Source: an uncultured Bacteroidales bacterium (GTDB taxonomy: Bacteria; Bacteroidota; Bacteroidia; Bacteroidales; S143-33). Taken from it: a DNA stretch of 50,340 nucleotides. The position numbers and the translations under genes were made by a program. Below, in pieces: positions 44,037 through 50,340 of the stretch (within the stretch, counting starts at the first letter, position 1; the number at the start of each line of letters is the position of its first letter). The stretch lies in the NCBI GenBank assembly GCA_964637235.1, contig CAZWVR010000003.1, positions 1 through 50,340 on the forward strand. The letters run 5' to 3'. The notes under the pieces were generated by a model that was not told the origin of the DNA, made no database searches, and was given only the letters and a program-made list of their open reading frames with translations.

Positions 44037-44882
44037 CTATTCGTAAAGTATTTTTTTCCCTTTCTTTTTCAAATAGTGCAGAGCTTTATCTTTTATCTGT
44101 CTTACTCTTTCTCTTGTTAATCCTAAATGTTCACCTATTTCGTCCAAAGTATATTTGTGAATATAATCTATACCGTAATACATTTTCAATATTTCAATAG
44201 ACCTCTTATCTGGCAAAATAGATAGTAATCTTTTAACCATTTCTTTTGTTTCTGCTAAATATTCAGCTTCCGCCTCGTTATTTGCTGCAATTCTATCAAG
44301 CAATCTAGTTTGTTCATCATCGGAATAAATAGGAGCGTCTAAGGATTCTACATTATCCGAACGCATTAGCTTAGTGATCTCCTTTTCGTCTATTTGCATT
44401 ACTTTGGCAATCTCTTCTGGCGTTGGTTCGCGATTATATTTTTGACTTAGATCTGAGAAAATTTGTCCTATTTTGTTTGCCTTATTGGATTTATTTACAG
44501 GTAATCTTACGATACGAGAGTGTTCTGCCAAAGCTTGAAGAATAGTTTGACGTATCCACCAAACTGCATAAGAGATAAACTTAAACCCTTTTGTTTCATC
44601 AAATCTTTTAGCAGCTTTAATCAAACCGATATTACCTTCGTTTATCAAATCGCTCAGACTTAGTCCTTGTCCTTGATACTGTTTAGCTACCGATACAACA
44701 AAACGAAGATTAGCTCTAACTAGTTTGTCCAGAGCGTTCATATCTCCCTGACGGATACGTGCAGCAAGACGTACCTCCTCTTCGGGAGTGAGAAGTTCCT
44801 CACGAGCGATGTCATTCAGATACCGATCCAATGCTTCTCCATCACGTTGTGTGATCTGTTGTGTGATTTTCAGTTGACGCAT
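44037..44882 (-). CDS. rpoD: Primary sigma factor (short Bacteroidota sigma-A)
   Basis: Region 2 has NLRFVVSVAKQY and YAVWWIRQ. Region 4.2 has LDEIGEHLGLTRERVRQIKDKAL. 281 aa. Confidence 0.93.
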   Translation of the reverse strand: MRQLKITQQITQRDGEALDRYLNDIAREELLTPEEEVRLAARIRQGDMNALDKLVRANLRFVVSVAKQYQGQGLSLSDLINEGNIGLIKAAKRFDETKGFKFISYAVWWIRQTILQALAEHSRIVRLPVNKSNKANKIGQIFSDLSQKYNREPTPEEIAKVMQIDEKEITKLMRSDNVESLDAPIYSDDEQTRLLDRIAANNEAEAEYLAETKEMVKRLLSILPDKRSIEILKMYYGIDYIHKYTLDEIGEHLGLTRERVRQIKDKALHYLKKKGKKILYE

Positions 44883-44966
44883 AGTGAAAGCTGTTAGTTT
44901 TTGGGGTTCATTAACTAAAACGTTTTTTTTCTAAAAAGGTTGCATTTTAAAAAAAATTTTTTTATA

Positions 44967-46091
44967 TTAGCACTCCCTGAGGAAGGAAATTATCTTTTCA
45001 GCTATATTTTCAATCACTTTATTTTGATTATTGCTTTTTAATGTAGAGATGATTTTTTGATATTCTTGTTTCATTTTTCCTTGAATTTCTTTATTGTTTA
45101 GTAGATTGTTTAGTTCATAGCTAAGTCTTGCATAAAATTTATGTTGAATAATTTCTGGGACAACTTTTTTTCCGGCTATAATATTTACCAATGAGATGTA
45201 GGGAATATTTATTAAGGCTTTTCCGATAAAATAAGTTAAAAAACCGGGGATGTAAACTACTATTTGGGGAATTTTTAATATCGCAGTTTCTAATGTTGCT
45301 GTACCGGAGACAACTACTGCTGCATCTGAGATAGATAAAATTTCGTAGGTTTTATCATATATGATATGTAAATTTTTTTGTGGATTTATTTTATACGCTT
45401 CTTTTAGAGTACTTATGCCTGCTAAAATAAAATTTATATTCGGAAAGTCTCTTGTTAGTTGTTCATAGTAGGGCAGAACTCTGCTTATTTCTTGTAATCT
45501 ACTACCGGGTAGGAGAGCAACTATTTTCTTTTGAGATGGGATTTGATATTCTTGACGAAATTTTTGTGCATTGAAAAATTTTAGTTTTTCGTTTATTATG
45601 TCTATAAGAGGATTACCAAAGTATTCAACAGTTATTCCGAATTTCTTATAAAAATTAACTTCAAAAGGAAATATGACGAATATTTTATCCGTATATTTTT
45701 TAAGTTGGTAAATTCGTTTTTTTTTCCATGCCCATACTTTGGGAGGTATAAAGTAAAATATAGTTAACTCTTTGGATTTTAGATATTTAGCTAATTTTAG
45801 ATTAAAACCGGGATAGTCTATCAAAATAACTGCATTGGGCGAAAATTTGTTAATATCATCTTTTGCAATAGCGAAGTTTTGGCGAATTTTTTTTATATTT
45901 TTTATTACTTCAAAAATTCCCATAAATGCCATATCTTTATAATGACGTACTAAATCAACTTTTGTTGCTGCCATTTTATTTCCGCCGAAGCCTCTTAATA
46001 TTGCATTTTTGTCAATATTTTTGATAGCTTTTGCGAGTTCTGCTCCATATAAATCTCCTGAGGCTTCGCCAGCTATTATATAATATTTCAT
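44967..46091 (-). CDS. lpxB: Lipid-A-disaccharide synthase
   Basis: YYIIAGEASGDLYGAEL, IDYPGFNL and SGTATLE. Confidence 0.92.
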   Translation of the reverse strand: MKYYIIAGEASGDLYGAELAKAIKNIDKNAILRGFGGNKMAATKVDLVRHYKDMAFMGIFEVIKNIKKIRQNFAIAKDDINKFSPNAVILIDYPGFNLKLAKYLKSKELTIFYFIPPKVWAWKKKRIYQLKKYTDKIFVIFPFEVNFYKKFGITVEYFGNPLIDIINEKLKFFNAQKFRQEYQIPSQKKIVALLPGSRLQEISRVLPYYEQLTRDFPNINFILAGISTLKEAYKINPQKNLHIIYDKTYEILSISDAAVVVSGTATLETAILKIPQIVVYIPGFLTYFIGKALINIPYISLVNIIAGKKVVPEIIQHKFYARLSYELNNLLNNKEIQGKMKQEYQKIISTLKSNNQNKVIENIAEKIISFLREC

Positions 46092-46127
46092 TGTCCTGCT
46101 TTTAGTATCTTAACTTTATTTCTAAAT

Positions 46128-46161
46128 AAAAACCCCCTGTGCCCAAATAGACAGCAGGGGG
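46128..46161 (-). terminator. Rho-independent terminator after gcvH
   Basis: On the minus strand, ccccctg-(15 nt)-caggggg is followed by ttttt. It lies 35 nt below the gcvH stop. Confidence 0.65.
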
Positions 46162-46195
46162 CTTTAAGTAAGAGTAATCTAAATTGAAAATAAGC

Positions 46196-46576
46196 TTATT
46201 CTTCCACAAAGGATTTATACTCAGAAGCACTCAAAAGATTATCTAAATCAGATAAATCTGAGTATTTTACTTTTATAATCCAGCCTTCGCCATAAGGATC
46301 TTTATTTATTAGCTCTGGTTCATCATTTAGTTTTTCATTAAATTCAATGACTTCTCCTCCTACGGGCATATATAAATCTGATACTGTTTTTACAGCTTCT
46401 ACTGTTCCGAAAACATCACCTTGTGATAGAGTTTCACCCAGAGTGTTTACTTCTACATATACAATATCGCCCAGTTCTTTTTGGGCATAGTCAGAGATGC
46501 CAACAATGGCTATCTCTCCATCAATTTTTACCCATTCGTGTTCTTTTGAGTATTTTAAATTTTCAGGAAAATTCAT
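46196..46576 (-). CDS. gcvH: Glycine cleavage system H protein
   Basis: YSKEHEWV and the lipoyl-Lys motif [10 protein letters not shown] chose the ATG at 46576 (MNFPENLK, 126 aa); the track ORF adds 27 unconserved residues. Confidence 0.93.
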   Translation of the reverse strand: MNFPENLKYSKEHEWVKIDGEIAIVGISDYAQKELGDIVYVEVNTLGETLSQGDVFGTVEAVKTVSDLYMPVGGEVIEFNEKLNDEPELINKDPYGEGWIIKVKYSDLSDLDNLLSASEYKSFVEE

Positions 46577-46724
46577 GATATTTATTTTTTTGAATTTGTT
46601 ATTTTTTTCAATAGCATAATAGTACATCCAGTTATATGAAGGGGCACAAAGTCCCATTGTTTTTTTGCGAAGTTAAGATAAAAATTTTATTTAAAAAAGA
46701 TTTTTTCGCATTTTTGTTTAAAAA

Positions 46725-48965
46725 ATGTCTGCATTGCGTCTTTTAATTGTTTTTTTACTATTACCTCTTATTACAATAGGTCAAATTGGCAGCTGGCAAG
46801 AGTTTTTTTCTTTTAATAATGTTTTTTCAATAACTCAAAATAATCAAAATCAAATAATTGCCGCTTCTTCTAATGGTTATTTTATTGTTGTGAACCAGAA
46901 ACAAATACAGAAAGTTTCAAAAATAGAAGGTCTTTCCGATATATCCCTGACGCAGGTAGCTTATAATTCTGTTCAAGATAAATTGGTAGTAGGTTATAAA
47001 AATGGCAATATTGATATTATTGGACAAAAAATTGTAAACCTTCCTTATATTAAAGATAAGCCTTTGGCTATTAACAAAAAGATCAATAGAATATTAAATT
47101 ATCAATCTTATGCATTTATAGCCACTGGTTTTGGTATTTTAAAGTTAGATTTAGCAACAGATCAAATTATTGAAACCTATTTTCTTTCTGAGACTTCCGA
47201 CTATGTTGGCGTAAATGATATAATCATAAATGGAAATACTTTTTGGGCAGCAACAGAAAATGGCTTATTTTCTATATCTCTTGATGAAAATATGATTGAT
47301 TTTAGAAAATGGAAGCAACATACTTTTTTTGCCAATAAAAATGTTTTAAAACTTACATTATTCAACAATGCCTTAGTTGTTTTATTCAATACTGGCAATT
47401 CTCTTGAAATTGCTATGGAAACTTCTTCCAGTAGCGATACTTGGCAGATTATTTTTCCTAATGCCGATGATGTACTTAATATTTATTCAGATAATCAAAA
47501 ATTATATCTTGTCAAAAGCGATAGAGTAGAAGTATATAATTCTAATTTGTTAAAAATTAGAGAAATCTCTACTGTGAATAATAAAAGCTTGCATCCTAAC
47601 TGTGTATTTGTTTCTAAGGAGGGAGTTTTATATATAGGCGATAAGAAATTGGGTTTAATAAAATATACTGATGAACCTGAAATTATAGTTCCAGAAGGTC
47701 CTTTGTCTAATTATATATTTCATATAAAGCTAAAAAATGGAATACTTTATGCTGTACATGGCGCTTATGATTCTCTTTCATTTAATGCTAAAAATTTTAC
47801 AGGAGAAATTTATATTTATAATCAAGGGAAATGGACAAATTATTCTTTTCCTACAATTACTGATTTTTCTGCCATAGCGATTGATCCTACGGATGTCAAT
47901 CATATATTTGTAAGTTCGTGGAATAAAGGACTATATGAACTTAGGTCTAATCAGATAATAAACGTATATAATCATATTGGCTCTGTACAGGATCCCAATA
48001 TATCAATACTTAAATATGGAGCTAATGGCGTGTTATGGCTTTTTATGATGAAAAATAAGCCTCCTATATATACATATGTTAATGGAGTATGGTCTCCGAG
48101 TTATATTACTACCCCTTATAATTATCTGCCTCGACAATTGATTTTAAAAGATGGTGCAGCATATATTGCATATGACTTGCGAGGCATACTTATGATGCAA
48201 TATAAATATTCGGGAGGGAATGTATCTTATAGCAATGTAATGTTATTTTATCCTACTGATGTTAATAATCAAAAAATAGGCAGAAGAGTTATCTCTATTG
48301 CTCTCGATAAGGATAATAATCTTTGGTTTGGCACAGATGATGGAATAGGTATTGTCTCAAATATTAATTTTGAGGATAGAAGTTATGTTAGCTCTCGTAT
48401 AACTATTGAGACGCAAGAGGCTGATACTGTGATAATTAATTATTTACTTAAAGGTTCTTTTATTAATTCAATAGTTATTGATCCAGCAGGTAGAAAATGG
48501 GTAGGTACTAATTCAGGAGTTTATTTACTTAATGAAACGGGAACAGAGCAAATACTCCATTTTACAACTGAAAATAGCCCTCTGCCTGATAATAAAATAA
48601 AGCAGATTTTGATAAATCCTTCTAATGGGCAAGTGTTTTTTCTGACTTCAAAAGGTCTTGTTTCATATTTTTCTGATGCTGCTGAGGGTGCACATAATTT
48701 TGATAATGCTTATGTCTATCCTAATCCGGTTAGAGAGAATTATGTTGGTGATATTGTAATTAAGGGTCTTATGGATAAAACCAGAGTAAAGATAACAGAT
48801 ATCAATGGGAATTTGATATATGAAACCGTTTCTAATGGCTCAATTGCCAGATGGAATGGTAAAACTTTTTCAGGGCGTAAACCCGCTACCGGTGTGTATT
48901 TGATATTTTTGACAAATGAAGATGCTACAACAGGTAAAGTGATTAAGCTATTGATTATAAATTAG
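46725..48965 (+). CDS. Two-propeller (two-component-regulator-propeller-like) protein with T9SS C-terminal sorting domain; PorZ-like
   Basis: Signal peptide. Reg_prop-like repeats (IDPAGRKWVGTNSGVYLLNE.., LPDNKIKQILINPSNGQVFFLTSKGLVSY). C-terminal tail VYPNPV..ITDINGNLIYE..GVYLIFLTNE..KVIKLLIIN. Confidence 0.7.
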   Translation: MSALRLLIVFLLLPLITIGQIGSWQEFFSFNNVFSITQNNQNQIIAASSNGYFIVVNQKQIQKVSKIEGLSDISLTQVAYNSVQDKLVVGYKNGNIDIIGQKIVNLPYIKDKPLAINKKINRILNYQSYAFIATGFGILKLDLATDQIIETYFLSETSDYVGVNDIIINGNTFWAATENGLFSISLDENMIDFRKWKQHTFFANKNVLKLTLFNNALVVLFNTGNSLEIAMETSSSSDTWQIIFPNADDVLNIYSDNQKLYLVKSDRVEVYNSNLLKIREISTVNNKSLHPNCVFVSKEGVLYIGDKKLGLIKYTDEPEIIVPEGPLSNYIFHIKLKNGILYAVHGAYDSLSFNAKNFTGEIYIYNQGKWTNYSFPTITDFSAIAIDPTDVNHIFVSSWNKGLYELRSNQIINVYNHIGSVQDPNISILKYGANGVLWLFMMKNKPPIYTYVNGVWSPSYITTPYNYLPRQLILKDGAAYIAYDLRGILMMQYKYSGGNVSYSNVMLFYPTDVNNQKIGRRVISIALDKDNNLWFGTDDGIGIVSNINFEDRSYVSSRITIETQEADTVIINYLLKGSFINSIVIDPAGRKWVGTNSGVYLLNETGTEQILHFTTENSPLPDNKIKQILINPSNGQVFFLTSKGLVSYFSDAAEGAHNFDNAYVYPNPVRENYVGDIVIKGLMDKTRVKITDINGNLIYETVSNGSIARWNGKTFSGRKPATGVYLIFLTNEDATTGKVIKLLIIN

Positions 48966-48968
48966 TTA

Positions 48969-49688
48969 TTAAATAAGTTTATTGGCAGTTGCTAAGGTTA
49001 AGATACTTATTTTGACATTTTCTACTTTTCTTTCAAGAGTATTTGCGCAAGCTTCTATTGTTGCACCTGTTGTGAGAACATCGTCTATTAAGACTATATG
49101 TTTATTTTTTAGTTTTTTGGGATTATGAACATCAAAAGCAGAACGAACATTGTACCATCTTTGTTCTTTACCTTTTAGTGTTTGCGTTTGCGTATTTATG
49201 ATTCTAACGAGGTTATTTTTCTCTATTGGAATATTTAAAACTTCTGAAATACCTCTGGCTAACCATTCACTTTGATTATAGCCTCTTATTTTTAATTTTA
49301 GGGGGTGTAAAGGTACTGGAATTAGCAAATCTGCATTTTTAAATTCACTGTCCTTTATATCTTGTGCAAGATAATTGCCTAAATCGTAAGCTAATTCTTT
49401 AGTGCCGGAATATTTTATTGCGTGTATAATTTTTTGAACGATAGTATGTTTATAAAAAAATAAAAAAGAATAAGCGTTCTGTAAGTTGATAATACGTCCT
49501 TTCAGAAGTTCTGTGATAATATTTTTTCTTGTGGATTGAAAGTAAGTATGTGGTAATTCTAAAAGACATTCAGTACATATATAATGTTCTGAGCCATATA
49601 GCTCTTTTCCGCAGCTTAAACAAACATTTGGATATAATAGGTCAACAAAGCCTACAATGATTGATTTAAAAGTTTTTAATATTTGCAT
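48969..49688 (-). CDS. comF: ComF-family protein (phosphoribosyltransferase domain)
   Basis: N-terminal Cys pairs CLSCG..CTEC, and the PRT motif IVLIDDVLTTGATI. Confidence 0.85.
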   Translation of the reverse strand: MQILKTFKSIIVGFVDLLYPNVCLSCGKELYGSEHYICTECLLELPHTYFQSTRKNIITELLKGRIINLQNAYSFLFFYKHTIVQKIIHAIKYSGTKELAYDLGNYLAQDIKDSEFKNADLLIPVPLHPLKLKIRGYNQSEWLARGISEVLNIPIEKNNLVRIINTQTQTLKGKEQRWYNVRSAFDVHNPKKLKNKHIVLIDDVLTTGATIEACANTLERKVENVKISILTLATANKLI

Positions 49689-49816
49689 TTATATATGCTC
49701 TTTTAATTTTTATGGTAAAAAGATAATAAAATTTGTTAAAATAAACAAGTCAAAGGTGTGTAAAAACTATTTTTTAACCATTAAAAAAATATTATTTTTG
49801 ACTAAGTTTTTATCAT

Positions 49817-50340
49817 ATGCGTCTTTTAATACTTTATATATTTATATCTTTTTTTGGTTTATTATCGGCTCAGAATGTTGATAGTTTACGTAATGAATTT
49901 TTACATTCTAAAAATAATTATAAGAAAATCAAACTTTTAGAGGAGCTTTCCAATCATTATTTTTATTCTCAGCCAGATAGTGCCTTTTATTATTTAAAAA
50001 AAGCATTGAAATTAGCCGAAGCCTCTGAATTGGATACAGATTTATATATTATAAATCGTGATATAGGTATTCTGTTTAATGAGCGGGGAGAGGTTGATAG
50101 TGCGCGTAAATATTTATTTATTTCTCTAAATAGTGCTCAAAAGGTTGGTGATAGTATATTTATTGCTAATGTTTTAGGGAATTTGGGTATTTCTTATCTT
50201 GCAGAGAATCAGTATTATAAGGCATTAAAATATTTTATGCAAATAGAGAATATTTTTCGTAAAAAGCATTTATATAGTGGCTTAGGCAATATATATGGCT
50301 CCATAGCTAATATTTATAATTTAATGGACACTATGGATAA
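49817..50340 (+). CDS. TPR-repeat protein with signal peptide, 3'-truncated by the window edge (possible N-terminus of a TPR sensor/regulator)
   Basis: This is my own translation from the ATG at 49817: MRLLILYIFISFFGLLSAQNVDSL..YYLKKALKLAE..GNLGISYLAENQYYKALKYF.. It has no stop before the window end and is absent from the track because it is open-ended. Confidence 0.7.
   Translation, partial: MRLLILYIFISFFGLLSAQNVDSLRNEFLHSKNNYKKIKLLEELSNHYFYSQPDSAFYYLKKALKLAEASELDTDLYIINRDIGILFNERGEVDSARKYLFISLNSAQKVGDSIFIANVLGNLGISYLAENQYYKALKYFMQIENIFRKKHLYSGLGNIYGSIANIYNLMDTMD

Noticed and set aside
1-50340. Scan for CRISPR arrays, IS elements or transposases, integrases, restriction-modification or toxin-antitoxin pairs, rRNA, and other structured RNAs (GC-rich islands).
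   Set aside because: There are no regularly spaced direct repeats and no transposase-, integrase- or nuclease-like translations. The only intergenic GC-rich islands are the tRNA, the TPP riboswitch, the terminator hairpins and the three inverted repeats already reported.

Overview
Visibly AT-rich chromosomal segment that looks like Bacteroidota. The evidence is two proteins with T9SS-type C-terminal sorting tails, a PorZ-like propeller protein, a ClpP with the long N-terminal extension typical of the phylum, a short sigma-A, and a TAnnTTTG -7 box. All calls come from reading the ORF translations and the DNA by eye; no searches were run.

The window is mostly housekeeping:
- recN, tig, clpP-clpP'-clpX, a split-transketolase N-terminal subunit, ribD and an LptF/G permease
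- pckA, ispG, terC-family, glycerate kinase, ispD, maf, purN, pyrH, rnhB
- an M1 aminopeptidase, tsaB, rpoD, lpxB, gcvH and comF
- one tRNA-Leu(CAA), and one TPP riboswitch in front of a TonB-dependent receptor

I saw no rRNA, CRISPR array, transposase, integrase or obvious prophage or defence genes.

The best candidate for an undescribed system is the compact minus-strand operon at 25899-31099. It encodes three products:
- a gamma-glutamylcyclotransferase-fold protein, translationally coupled (ATGA overlap) to the next gene
- an NRAMP-fold transporter in which the canonical metal-binding Asp, Asn and Met are all replaced
- a 1084-aa fusion of a 12-TM transporter, HEAT-like repeats and a degenerate cNMP-binding-like module

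Secondary items:
- a divergent second ClpP in tandem with the first
- a small accessory patch at 37.2-39.6 kb (HAD-like phosphatase with an unknown C-terminal domain, an orphan FdtA-like cupin, a secreted FGE-like protein)
- a DjlA-like J-domain membrane protein
- three unrelated long-range GC-rich inverted repeats in intergenic regions

Several track ORFs start at upstream TTG codons, and I trimmed them to the conserved ATG.
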